Positions 36,575-49,197 of a stretch of 64,000 nucleotides of DNA are shown here, piece by piece (position 1 is the stretch's first letter; the number at the start of each line of letters is the position of its first letter). A program made the position numbers and the translations under genes. Source of the DNA: Mobula hypostoma (Eukaryota); the NCBI RefSeq assembly GCF_963921235.1, contig NC_086110.1, positions 40,114,001 through 40,178,000 of the forward strand. Reading direction: 5' to 3'. The notes beneath the pieces are model-generated. The model was not told where the DNA came from. It ran no database searches and was given only the letters and a program-made list of their open reading frames with translations.

Positions 36575-36960
36575 TTACAACGGTGTATTGAGGTAGTACA
36601 AGGTAAAACAACAATAGTATGAAAAATAAAGTGTTACATTTACAGAAAGAATGCAGTGCAGGTAGACATTAAGTTGCAAGGACATACCAAGGTTGATTGC
36701 GAGGTCAAGATTCCATCTTATACCAGGGAGCAGGTCAATAGGATTATAACAGCAGAATTCCAGCTGCACTTGAGCAGGGTGGCACATGCATTCTGACTTT
36801 TGTATTTTCTGTACAATGGGAGAAGTTAGAAGAGAGATGTCTGGGGTTGGTAGGACTTTAATTATGCTGACTGGTTTATTGAGGTAGTGAAAAGTAAGAC
36901 AAGAGTCCATGGAGGGGAAGCTGGTTTCCGTGAAGTGCCGAACTGTGTCCACATCTCTCA
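36575..36960 (-). mobile_element. Rex1/Babar LINE 3' fragment
   Basis: Reverse-complement similarity to 37950-38330. Confidence 0.65.
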
Positions 36961-37211
36961 CCTATGAATATCATGTTAGCTATGTCACTAATGGGCTTAA
37001 ATGTTAAATGCAGTGCTCCAGTCTTCAATGTGTTACCACCCTACATTCACCCAATGGGTGGCCTTAAACTCTCCGCTTTATTCTGTGAAAATTACTAAAT
37101 CAGAGACTTAATTACTATTCGTAGTTGATTTTTCCATGCTAACGTATCAGTGTTTCATAAATCATCTGCATTGTATTTAAACTTCAGCCTCACAGACAAC
37201 CTCAACTCACT

Positions 37212-38390
37212 GTAATTCACTGACCACTGACACAGACACCATCTCCCTGGTCGTACACTCAACTCTGGACAGTAAAGACTCCTATGCCAGACTATTGCCT
37301 ATTGGCTACAGCTCCGCCTTCAATACTATAATTCCAAGCAAGCTGATTACCAAATTCCGAGACCTGGGACTCAATACTTCTCTTTGTAACTGAATCCTTG
37401 ATTCCTGACCAATAGACCACAATCAACAAGGATGAACAGGAACACCTCCACCATGATCCTTCTCAACACTGGTGTCCCACAAGGCTGAGTGCCCCTCAGA
37501 TCCTTACTCTGCTTAAATACTCATGACTATGTGGCCAGATTCTGCTCCAATTCCAACTACACATTTGCAGATGATACCACCCTAGTGGGCCAATTCTTAA
37601 ATAACAATAAGTCGGAGTAGAGGAAGGAGACAGAGAACTTAGTGAAGTAGCTCCGTGTGAGCAAAACAAAGGAACTGGTCATTGACTTCAGGAAGGGGTG
37701 AAGTGCAAATGCTCATGTTTACATTCACAGTGCTGAGGACAAGAGAATTGAGAGCTTCAAGTTGCTAGGGGTGATCTTCATTAATAGCCTGTTCTGGCCC
37801 ATCCATGTAGACGCTTTTGCCAAGAGTGCTCACTAGTGCCTCTGTTTCTTCGGTAATTTGTTATGTCCCCTTTGACCTTCACCAATATGAATGGATCATA
37901 GAAAGCATCCCATCCACTTGCATCAAGTCACATGGCCACAGGAAACTAGGAGTTATGGACACAGCATGGCACATCATGAAAACCAGCCTCTCCTTCATGG
38001 ACTCAGTCAATACTTCTTGTCTTAAGAATGTAAACCAACATAATCAAAGATCCCACCCACCCAAACACACTGTCTTCTCCCCTCACCCATCGAGCAGAAG
38101 GTGCAAAAAACTGAAAGCACATACCACAAGCCTCAAAGTCAGCATTCTTCTCACTGTTATAATAGCTCCCTAGGACAATAAGATGGGCTGTTCACCTCAC
38201 AATCTACCTCCTTATGACCTTGCACTTTATTGTATACCTGCACTGTACTTTCTCTGTAACTGTAACATTTTATTCTGCATTCTGTTTTTGTTTTACCTTG
38301 CACTACCTCAATGCATTGTTGCAAATGAATTGATCTGCACGAACCATTTGCAAAGCAAGGTTTTCACTGTGACAATAAGAAATCAATTTA
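37212..38390 (+). mobile_element. Rex1/Babar LINE (RT to 3' UTR), degenerate
   Basis: Encodes YSSAFNTIIPSKL, TGVPQG, FADDTTLVG and KTKELVIDFRK. Confidence 0.85.
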
Positions 38391-38849
38391 CCAATAGTCC
38401 ATTCAATGTATTAGGGATGTCAATTTGGGAGATAGCTGGGGTAAATATTTATGAGTATAGATGTAATAGATTACAGTCCCATTTAAATATGTACATGCAG
38501 CTCCTTTAAAGAGTGCATAGGCCATGTAAAATATGTAGTATATGTGTAATTTGTAATGGTTGCCTTAAGGTTACTACCACTTTATAGATTATGTTTTGTG
38601 TCTAAACAATGTGTATTGAAAGTTGCAAGTCAGTGAAGAGTCCTTGAATAAACTACACAGACAGTCAAACTACAGTAATCCAAGTTCAGATTGTTTGAAA
38701 ATCCTGATAGTCTGGCATCTGACCATGAATTAATCTGGAATGTTAGCTGGGTGTTCAGTGTGTAAGATTGGTTAGTGACCAGAGGTGCAGGCCTAGACTG
38801 CAATCCAGGAATCTCTGAATGGGTAACCCTTTATTTTGAGACAGTAACC

Positions 38850-38951
38850 CCTGTCCTGACGAAGGGTCTCGGCCTAAAACGTCGACTGTACCTCTTCCTA
38901 GAGATGCTGCCTGGCCTGCTGAGTTCACCAGCAACTTTGATATGTGTTGCT
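38850..38951 (+). ncRNA. Minimal hammerhead-ribozyme-like motif (decayed) in a Penelope-derived short element
   Basis: gtc-CTGACGA-agggtctcggcct-AAAAC-GTC-gac: CUGANGA core intact, stem I gtc/gac, GAAA box mutated to AAAA. Confidence 0.6.
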
Positions 38952-39943
38952 ACCATTTACAATGATGATTTGGAAGAGGGGACTGAGTATAGTGTTGCAA
39001 AAATTTGCTGATGACACTAAACTGAGTGGAAAAGCAAATTGTACAGAGGATGTGGAGAGTCTGCAGAGGGATATGGATAGGTTAAGTGAGTGGGCCAAGG
39101 TCTGGCAGATGGAATACAACGTTGATAAATGCGAGATCATCCACTTTGGAAGGAATAATAGAAGAGCAGATTATTATTTAAATGTGAAAGATTACAGCAT
39201 GCTGTTGTGCAGAGGGACTTGGGAGTGCCTGTGCATGAATCACAAAAAGCTGGCTTGCAGGTACAATGGGTTATTAAGAAGGCAAACAGAATGTTGGCCT
39301 TCATTGCCAGAGGGATTGAATTCAAGAGCAGGGAGGTCACGCTGCAACTATACAGGGTACTGGTGAGGCAGCACCTGGAGTACTGTGTGCAGTTCTGGTC
39401 TCCATACTTGAGGAAGGATATACTGGCTTTGGAGGCAGTGCAGAGGAGGTTCACCAGGTTGATTCCAGAGATGAAGGGGTTAACCTCTGAGGCGAGATTG
39501 AGTCACCTGGGACTATACTCTCTGGAGTTCAGAAGAATAACAGGGGATCTTATAGAAACATACAAAATTTTGAAAGGGATAGATAAGATAGAAGTAGGAA
39601 AGTTGTTTCCATTGGTAGGTGAGACTAGAACTAGGGGACGTTGCCTCAAGATCAGGGAAGAAGATTTAGGATAGAGATGAGGAGAAACTGTTTTTCCCAG
39701 AGAGTGGTGAATCTGTTGAATTCTCTGCCCAGGGAAGCAGTTGAAGCTTCTTCACTAAGTATATTTAAGATACAGTTAGATAGATTTTTACATAGTAAGG
39801 GAATTAAGAGTTATGGGGAAAAGGCAGGTGGATGGAGCTGATTTTATGGACAGATCAGCCATGATCTTATTGAATGGTGGGGCAGGCTCGATGGGCCAGA
39901 TGGCCTACTCCTGCTCCTATTTTTTATGTTCTTATATTTATGT
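38952..39943 (+). mobile_element. CR1 LINE, 5'-truncated
   Basis: KFADDTKLSG, QRDLGVPVHES, HLEYCVQFWSPYLRKD and the 3' tail. Confidence 0.92.
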
Positions 39944-40093
39944 TAATCCTAGCCTAATCACGGGACAATTTACAATTAGCAATTAACCAACCGAACGGTA
40001 GGTATTGGGCTGTGGGAGGAAACCAGAGCACCCAGAGGAAGCTCATGTGGTCACCAGGAGAAGATACAAACTCCTTACAAGCAGTGGTGGGAT
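39944..40093 (-). mobile_element. HE1/V-SINE fragment
   Basis: tgtgggaggaaaccagagcacccagaggaa...gtggtcac is the reverse complement of the V-SINE core. Confidence 0.65.
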
Positions 40094-40284
40094 TTTCTCG
40101 CCAAACAATCTTCTTAAGCCCATAATGATGAGATCGCGTTTCATTCTTCTACTGTAAGTTCAAGATGGTATAGATCCAGTTTGCATAATCACTCTTCAAA
40201 CCACTGCACACCTTTCATTGCAAGTGCATCCTCTTCAGCTAGGGAAGTTGCACAATTGCAGAGACTTTCAGATGCAGTCCTAGC

Positions 40285-40622
40285 AAAGCCTTATAAAATT
40301 GGAGTACGATATTTCAAAGTCTCCTGCAATAAAAGCCAACATACCACTTGCCTTCCTGATGATCTCCTTGATCCTGCTTGTGAGCTTTCAGTGATCATAA
40401 ACAAGGATTCCCAGATCCCTGAGTATTAGCACCTTTCACTCTCTCTCCCCTGAAAAACATGTAACCTCTCATTTTTTCCAACAACACGATCTCAGATATT
40501 TCCAAACTATATTCCATTTATCATGTCCTTGCCCATTTAATTTATCTTTCCTTATCTATCTGAAGCCTTTCTGCATCCTCCACAACCCCACACTGCCACC
40601 TAGCTATGTTTATCAGCAAACA
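40285..40622 (-). mobile_element. Old CR1 RT fragment
   Basis: ttatcagcaaac (KFAD) and tattccattt (MEY) on the reverse strand. Confidence 0.55.
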
Positions 40623-41059
40623 TGGATACGTATATAACTGAGACTGAAGATGCTGGAACCTGGAACAAAAAAACTATCTGCCAGAGAAGATCAAAGGCTG
40701 AGCAGCACCTGTGGGGGAAGTATGATTGTCAAAAGTCACTGGTTGAGATCCTGCATCAGGAATGTGATTGGAGAGGGAAGATAGCCAGTACAAAGAGGAG
40801 ATGGGAGATAGTACCTTCAACCCTTATACAATCTCTGAGAAAAATTATGAGCAGCTAGGGCTTCAGTACTGATCACTACGTTGCCCCGCTATTCTAAGCC
40901 TAACCTCTTCTTTCATCTGTTAATTAATGCATTATCATAAGAAATATATTACCTCCAACACCTTTTGCTCCATTTTTATTTAATAATCTATAGTGTGCCA
41001 CTTTATTGAAGGGCTTCTGAATGTCCAGGCATACCACACCAACTTGTTTACACCTATCT

Positions 41060-41518
41060 AAAGCAACTCACTAAAAGCTAGAGGAATTCACTGGGTCTAT
41101 GGTGGGAAATGGAAGGTTGACATTTTGGATCAAGACCCTTCATTAGGACTGGAAAGAGAGAGGGAAGATAGCCAATATGAAAAGATTGGGGAAGCCACAA
41201 AACAGGAACTAGTGGGTGATAGGTGGATGCAGGTGAGGTGGGGAGGGGTAATAGGCAGGTAGGGGAGGGGCAGGGAAGGAGATGTAAGAAACTGGGAGGG
41301 TGATTGGTGGAGAGAAGGAGATGTTAAGGACATCGGACCATGGAATAAAGGGAAGGAGGTGCAGAGATAAACCAGTGGGGGAAGTGTGTGAGTGATGGGC
41401 AGATTGAGAAGGTGGGAGGGGGCAAAGGGATAGGATGATGCAGCCAGTGAGACAAGGGAATGAAAGGGGGGTGAGGAGGGGATTGGCTACCAGAGCTCAG
41501 AGAAATCAATGTTCATGA
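41060..41518 (-). mobile_element. Penelope-like 3' terminal region
   Basis: Purine-rich tract, gagaaatcaatgttcatg (MNIDFS) and a decayed hammerhead motif cagtcctaatgaagggtcttgatccaaaatgtc on the minus strand. Confidence 0.7.
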
Positions 41519-41599
41519 AGTGAGGATGCAGAACTTATCTATTCTGCTAAATAGAACATTAAAAACAGGCATCTCAGACATACTTCCATTTCATAAATC

Positions 41600-42950
41600 C
41601 ATATTTCCTTCCCATAAATCGTGTTATTACATTATAATTCCATTTGTTACCCTTTCCATAAAAGTAGGTTTTAAGCTTTTTTTCCCCATGTTGTTGATAT
41701 CAGGCAAACAAGTCAATAGTCCCATTGCAGGTTGATATTTACTGGATTCATCAACCATTCTAGAAACAATGGAAATTTGGAAGATGGCAATCAGAGCATA
41801 CATTTTCTCCATAGTACTTCCTTCAAAACCACCGAGTGCACACCATCTTGGTTCACAGGATCTATTGTCTTTCAGCCACATTAATTTTCTCAACATTAAT
41901 TATTTTCTAATGCTAATTTCTCTAGATCTGCAGGATTCAACTATTGCCAGCTTTTTTCTGGTCTTCTTCCATTAAGATGGAAACAGCTATTTGCCTAATT
42001 TCTCTACCATTTCCTTATTCCTAAATATATTGTTTCTGTCTCACTCTGTAAGCCACTCACATTAACTTTGCCTGGCCATTACCTTCTACCATAAAAGTTT
42101 TTATTTTCTGGAGAACTATCCATGTATTCTACCGTCGTTTTCGTTGGTTCACCTTTGTGGAAGTCTGAAAATTTCCCAATCGTCAGAGCTTAATGTTTTT
42201 CTTGGTAATATTATACACCTTTGCTTTGATTAAATACGATCTTTATCTTCCTTTGATAGTTTCAGTTGCAAAACACATTCCTCGATTTTCTTTTTCATAT
42301 TAGGATATATATTTCTTGTAAGCTATGTATCAATTCTTTAAATATTAGCCATTGGATATTTACACTCATATCTTTTTATGTAATTTTTCTATCTACTATA
42401 GCTAAATCATACAATATTACATGGCAGTTTGTTTTATTCAGATTCAACATCCTAGTTTCAGAATGAATTCAGTCACTTTCAGTTTTCATATAAAATGTTA
42501 TCATTTTGTGATCTCTGTTTCCTAGTATCCCACTAATCAATTAAGCCTTTCTCATTGGCACATGTAGTAAAGTAGCTTGTTCCCTCACTGGAACCCCAAA
42601 ATGTTAATCTACAAAACAATCCCTTATCAGCTTCATGTGTTTATCATCAACATTTTAACTGTTGATTTGGTTTTTCCCCAGTCAACATGTAAAGTCCCCC
42701 ATGGTTATTTCGTTACTCCTTTTGCACTCTGTTCTAATATCCTGGTTATCACATGTCCTGCTTCACCCCTACTGCTTGCGGCCTATGTTCAACTCCTGCC
42801 AAAGTTTCCTGCCCACTTCTGTTTCTTAGTTTCACCCAAATCAGTTCTATTTCTGGATCTTCTGAGTTCTTTCTCTCTGTTGTCTTTATTCCATTCTTTA
42901 ATATCAGGGCCACCATATATCCTTTCCTATTTTGCCTGCTCCCAAAAATA
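41600..42950 (-). mobile_element. Very old CR1 ORF2 5' half (EN to early RT)
   Basis: Decayed motifs: aagtcccccat (MGDF), ggatgatggtgtgcactc-like GPDG.HPR region, and atgtaacacgatttatgg (ANV.P.F.KG). Confidence 0.5.
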
Positions 42951-43527
42951 GTAATTATGCATTTAAAAGGAAACTGAATAAATGTACGACTGAGAAAGGA
43001 AGAGAGTGATAGGGTTGAAGGAGGTAAATAATGAGTTTTCTTTTAATAACAGAAGGAGGACAAGGACTGCATGTTAATGTTATGTACAGTATATTGGCTC
43101 TCAAAAGGCATCTGATAGAGCATCATTTATTAGGTTCGTTAGCAAGACCGTGATAACAAGGGCAATAGCAACATGGATACAAAATTGAAAAACAGAGAAA
43201 ACAAATGAGTGACCACTTCTAAGGCTGGATAAAGCTGTACAGCATTGTTCTGTGAGGTAGAGTACTAGGACTAGTAATGGTGTTGATACAGATTAATGAA
43301 TTGGAATTTGAAGTATAGGTCACAAATGTGAACCATGTAGATTGACCTACAGAAAATTTGGTAGTAAACATTGAGGAAGACATAAGCAGGCTGCAGAATT
43401 GGCAGACAAACAGTAGGTTAATGAAATTCCAACACAGAGCGCAAGAAGTCAGGTCACAACTTCTTGGTTTAGAATCTTTGGCCATGGTTAACCCATGCTC
43501 AGACTTATCTGATCTGACCAGACATAT

Positions 43528-44522
43528 ATGACCATAAGACACAAGAACAGTATTAGGCCATTTGGCCCATCGAGTCTGCTCCACCATTCCATCATGGGCA
43601 ATTTATTATCCGTTTCAACCCCATTCTCCGGCCTTCTCCCTAACTAACCATGAACCTATCAACCTCCACTTTAAATATACTCATTGACTTGCCATGCACA
43701 ATCTGTGGCAATGAAGAAATAAAGAAATTCCTCCTCATCTCTGTTCTAAATGGGCATCCTTCTATTCTGAGGCTGTGCCCTCTGGCCCTGGACCCAACCA
43801 TTATAGGAAACATCCATTCTGTCTGGGCTTCTCAATATTCAATAGGTTTCAATGAGATCTTCTCTCATTCTTCTAAACTTCAGCAAAAACTGGCTCAGAC
43901 TCATCAAACGCTCCTGAAATGTTAACCCTTTCTATCTTAGAATCATTCTCATGAACCTTCTCTGGACTTTCTACAATGGTAGCACATTTTTTCTTAGATA
44001 AGGGCCCAAATCTGCTAACAATACTCCAAGTGCAGTCTGATCAATGACTGATAAAGCCTTAACATTGCATCCTTGATCTTATATTCTGGTCCTCTTGAAA
44101 TGAATGCCAACAATGCATTTACCTTCCTTATCACCAATTTAACCTGCAAATTAACCTTTACGGAATCTTGCACAAGGTCTCCCAAGTCCCTTTGCACTTC
44201 TGACTTTTGAATTTCCTTATTTATGAAATAATCTCTGCCTTTACTCCTTCTACCAAAGTCCATCACCATATATTTCCCTACACTATATTTCATCTGCCAC
44301 TTCTTTTCCCATTCTTCCAAGTCTTTCTGCAGCCTCCCTGTTTCCTCAACACTACCTACCCCTCCACCTATTTTGTATCATCTGCAAACGTGGCCACAAA
44401 GCTAGCAACTCCATTATCTAAATCATTGACATATAAGGCGACAAGAATCGGACCCAACAGCTACCCCTGCAGAACACCACTCGTCACCAGCAGCCAACCA
44501 GAAAAGGCCCCTTTTATTCCCA
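43528..44522 (-). mobile_element. CR1 LINE, 5'-truncated
   Basis: EEWEKKWQMKY and QRDLGDLVQDSVKVNLQV...RLHLEYC. Tail accataagac at 43531. Confidence 0.88.
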
Positions 44523-46224
44523 GTCTGGGAATTTGTTTAGATATCTTGAATAGTGGGAAAGTCTCAAGCAAGAGAACACAGTTACAAGATAAAGAAGGAG
44601 TCATTTAAAATGCAGCTTTAAATCAGCAGGTGATGCTGAATGTCTGGAATTCTGTACCCCAGAGCAATATGGAGACTACATCATTGGAAGTACTTACAGT
44701 GGAGGCAGATATGTGGTTGGAAGATCAGGGCATTGAAGGCTATGGGACACCGGTACAGAAAAGAAGCAAAGGCCAGCATTGATCATCCTGATTGCAGAGC
44801 AGGTTTTAGGACCATGTTGCCTATTTCTGCACTGACTTTCTTATGTTCTTGAAGAGGTTTAGAATAAACTTCTGAAAGATTGGGAAGTTATAGGGAACTA
44901 ACACCGAAGAGAAGATAGGCTTATCGAAGATCAACCATGATTATATTGAGCACAAGAAAACAGGGGCAAGCTTGAGGACAATAGTGAGGAAGCCATTCAG
45001 TATGCTTGTCTTTATAGGGCAAAGATATGAGTATATAGGTTGAGATGTCATATTGATTTAATCACGCGACACTTGAAGCTCCCCTCCATTGTGGACATCT
45101 TCAAAAGGTGCTGCTTCATGAAGGCAGTATCCATCGTTAACGACCATTTCCCTTCGGGTCATGCCCTCTTCTCATTTGTGTTCTCTGTTCCCTAGTACCC
45201 CACTAATCAGTTAAGCCTTTCTTGTTGGTACAACATTAGATCTAAAGTAGCTTGATTTCTCACTAGTTCCTCAAAACGCTAATCTGCAAAACAATCCCTT
45301 ACCATCTTCATGTGCTTATCATCAACACTTCAACTATTTCTCCCCGGTCAACGTGGAGGTCAGGAACTTGAAGACACGCACTCAACAGTTTCTGTCCCTC
45401 TGCCATCAGATCTCTGAACCCATGAACACTACCTCAGTAACTTGCTCTATCTTTACACTATATTTTTACATTTCTTATTGTAACTTGTAGTATTTTCATG
45501 TATGGCACTGAAAGACTGCACTGTCAAGAAACAACAAATTTTGTGACATTTCTCAGTGATAATAAAATCTGATTCTGAGTCTACTTCTGGTCAGAGGAAG
45601 GGTTTATTCTTACTGAAACATAGGAGGCTGAAGGTGAACTTATGTAGTTTTATAAGATTTGGAGGGGCATTTTGTGATATTTTTCCTGGGGTGGGAATGT
45701 CTAAAACTAGAGGGCTGAGGTTTAAGGTGAAGGAAGGCATTTAAAGGACATTTGAAGGGCAAGTTTATCATAGAGATGTTATTATTTATACAGAACAATT
45801 AAAGTGGAAGCCAAATACAATTCCAACATTTAAACAGATAGGGAAAGATGCAAGCTCAGTGCAGACTAATGGGATTTCAGTAGCTTTGCAGCACAATTGC
45901 CAGGGATGGGTTGGGCTAAAGGTCTTTTTCAATGCTGTACCTCCTATGACATTATAAGTGCTTTAAATTATTATTTCTAAAACATAAAATGCAGTTAAAA
46001 CTTTTCAGTGAAAATAATTGAACTCAACAAATCAGAACCTTTATCTCTTTTTTCTTAAATATTGTCATTAAAGAACTCTATTGAAATTTATGAGGCCATT
46101 GAATATGCAGTAGACCTCCAAGCTCAGTACCTGAGAACTGATTTCCAGCTCCTGCTTCTTGACTCCATAGGGACTTCCATACTTGACTAAGTAACTACAC
46201 ATTGAAATCATGGTGCTGAAATAC

Positions 46225-48045
46225 ATCCCAGGATGCGATGGGACATATCATCAGTGATGTAACCTGGGGTCGTTGGGTGTTTTATGTCTTTCAACATCAA
46301 ACACTCTTGCCCAGGCGACCCAGCCAGGATTGATCAGGCCCTGGCTTGTGTCCCAGTTACATCTTTTGAACCATAGCCATCTGGAGGCTTGCTCAGCAGT
46401 CTATTTTCTTTGCAGCCCCTGTAATGCAAAGGAGAAAGCAGGTTCTGCAGAGCAACTAGCCAACGAAACCCTTACACCCCGCCTCTATAGGCTCGGTATT
46501 GTGTCCTCCACCCCTATCTCTGGCACTGGTATTTGGGTTTCTTACACTCAAATGCCTCCTCAATTCAGCCTTCCCAAGGCACTGTCAGATCTATCATGGC
46601 CTCCTGCTTCGAGATTCCTGTCAGAATGACCATGTCGGGCCTCAGTAATGATGATGCAATAGAGTCAGGGATCTTTAATTGCTTGCCAAGATCGACTTTC
46701 AATTACCAGTCTCACGCTGTTGGGAGCAAGCCTGCCGGTGATCTGTGCTGAGGCTGTGGTTAGTCTCCAACTTTGACAAAGGCTTGAGCTTTCTGGATTG
46801 GCAGAGGTGTCTACTGTTGTTAATGGCGGAGAAGATATTTTCTGCCACTGCTTCAGCACCTGGTCATGGCATTCACAGTAGTGGCCTTGCCCCGGAGGAT
46901 CCATCTACTGCCTGGGGCTCTGATGTATCTCTCACCATTAGGTCATCCATGAAGGCTCTAATTGGTGGCTGCCGCACGCTTATCTTAGTCAGAGAGCCTC
47001 TACACTCCACTTCGGCTGCCTTAACCAGTACGTTCGTGGTCAGGGAGAAGAGGATCATCGAGATTGTACATCCAGTTATAATATCCTTCTCAAGGCAGTG
47101 CCAGCCTGATGTGGTCCTTCCTGAGGTGACTCTCAATCTGAAGCTCCCATCGTAGTCTAGGGTGAGGTCCTTTATCTTCCACGGGAAGGAGAAGATGGCG
47201 GCGCAACGCAGCGTGCACGGCCGCTCCAAAATGATATTGTATTTGTTAAGTAGGAGCCGTGCACAATCCTGATTTGATGGAGACAGACGTGAGAAGCACC
47301 GAGGAACAGCTGGAGAAACTTCTGAAATGCCCGCTGTTACTGTGCGATCGAGAATCTCCGGAGGGGAAGGCCCCAAATCCTCGGCTTTGCCTAAATAGTC
47401 GGCTGTGGTCAGGTGCTTCCAGGGTGTTGCATCAGCAAGTCTGCAGTGCTGGAGGTTCATGGCAGGGAGAGTTTTTTTTCTTCCTTCTACCGTCTGCGTG
47501 AGATGATGGGACTTTCGAGAGACTTTGAGACTTTTTTCTACTGTGCCCATGGTCTGTTCTCTATCAAGTTACGGTATTGCTTTGCACTGTTGAACTATAT
47601 GTTATAATTATGTGGTTTTTGTCAGTTTTTCAGTCTTGGTTTGTCTTGTGTTTCTGTGATATCATTCTGGAGGAACATTGTATCATTTCTTAATGCATGC
47701 ATTACTAAATGACAATAAAAGAGGACTGCGTGTCCTCATAATCTAAAAAAAAACTTGTTGTTGGTTCAGCGCGATCTCCACCTGCTTCTGTGGTACTGAC
47801 CCGTACATGTTGCAGGGTCTAGCCATAGTATGACTAGGTCTCCCTTTCCTTCGCACGTCTCTCTGATCAGCTGGGAAACCATGGCCGTGTGTTCCAGGCA
47901 CCCCGGCACTCTGGGAATCCCTCCTTTCTGTACAGAGGTACCCATGTAGACATTTTGGAGGAGAAGCTCAGTCAGGAGGCAGGAAACAAGACTGAAAACC
48001 ACCTTCCCTTGTGCACTGAGCGGCAAGGTGGATCTAAACTGCTCA
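46225..48045 (-). mobile_element. R2/Hero-type (RLE) non-LTR retrotransposon, internally deleted and interrupted
   Basis: QKGGIPRVPGCLEH, LVILWLD, W..LEKDIITGCTIS.ILF and QPPIRAFMDDL (RT); CHDQVLK, RPDMVI..DLTVPWE (restriction-like endonuclease); structured 3' UTR at 46225-46330. Confidence 0.85.
47186..47753 (+). mobile_element. Non-autonomous retroelement, copy 2
   Basis: Starts ggagaagatggcggcgcaacg, ends aataaaagaggactgcgtgtcctcataatctaaaaaaaaa. Splits the Hero RT coding sequence. Confidence 0.8.
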
Positions 48046-48274
48046 GTATGGCAGATAATGCCATTTCAGTAAGAAAATTGAATTGACTTCAGTTCTTACA
48101 TCCTTCACATTCATGAGGAGTAAAAATCTTTATGTGCCATCTTCGTCTAAATGCCAGACATCAGCTTACACTAGCCACTTCTGGACAGATACTTACCAAA
48201 TAGTGCAATTCTAAGGGGCGGCAGACCTGGGAGAGCTTGTGTATATTCAAGGAGGTAGGTCAGCAAGTTAACCT

Positions 48275-49197
48275 CAAACAAGAGAAAATCTGCAGATGCC
48301 AGAAATCCAGAGCAACACAGACAAAATGCCGGAGGAACTCAGCAGGCCAGGCAGCGTCTATAGAAAAAAGTACATTAAATGTTTCAGGCTGAGCCTCTTC
48401 GGCAGGACCAGAGAAGAAAAGCTGAGCAGTAGATTTAAAAAGGTCGCGGGAGGGGATAGAGAAACACCAGGTGACAGGTGAAACCTGGAGGGGCAGGGAT
48501 GAAGTAAAGAGCTGGGAAGTTGATAAGTGAGATGAGGTGAGAGAGGGAAAAGGGGATGGGAAATGGAGAAGGTGGGGGGGGGTGCGGTTTGGGAGATATT
48601 ACCTGAAGTTTGAGAAATCGATGTTCATGACATCAGGTTGGAGGCTACCCAAACAGAATATAAGGTGTTGTTCCTCCAACCTAAGTGTGGCCTCTTCACA
48701 ACAGTGGAGGGGGCCATGGATGGACATATCGGAATGGGAACGGGAAGTGGAATTAAAATAGGTGGCCACTGGGAGATCCCACTTGTTCTGGCGGATGGAG
48801 CGTAGATGCTCGGCAAAGTGGTCTCCCAATCTACGTCGGGTCTCACCAAAGTACAGGATGCCACACTGGGAGCACCAAACACAGTAAATAACCCCAGCAG
48901 ACTCACAGAAGAAGAGTCGCCTCACCTGAAAACACTGTTTAGGGCCCTGGATAGTAGTGAGGGAGGAGGTGTAGGGGCAGGTGTGGCACTTGTTCCACTT
49001 GCAAGGATAAGTGCCAGGAGGGAGATCAGTGGGGAGGGACGAATGAACAAGGGAGTCACATCGGGAGCGATCCCTGCTGAAAGCAGAAAGTGAGAGGGAG
49101 GAATAGATGCGCTTGGTGGTGGGATCCCATTGAAGGTGGCGTAAGTTTCAGAGAATTATGTGCTGGATGTAGAGTCTGGTGGGATGGTAGGTAAGGA
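48275..49197 (-). mobile_element. Penelope-like element 3' part with GIY-YIG endonuclease
   Basis: ORF 48599-48925 reads GVIYCVWCSQCGILYFGETRRRLGDHFAEHLRS...EQHLIFCLGSLQP..MN. Terminal repeat with a decayed hammerhead near 48378-48408. Confidence 0.88.

Noticed and set aside
46873-47550. 225-aa ORF as a novel fusion protein
   Set aside because: The N-terminal half is the antisense strand of the inserted non-autonomous element; the C-terminal half is Hero RT.
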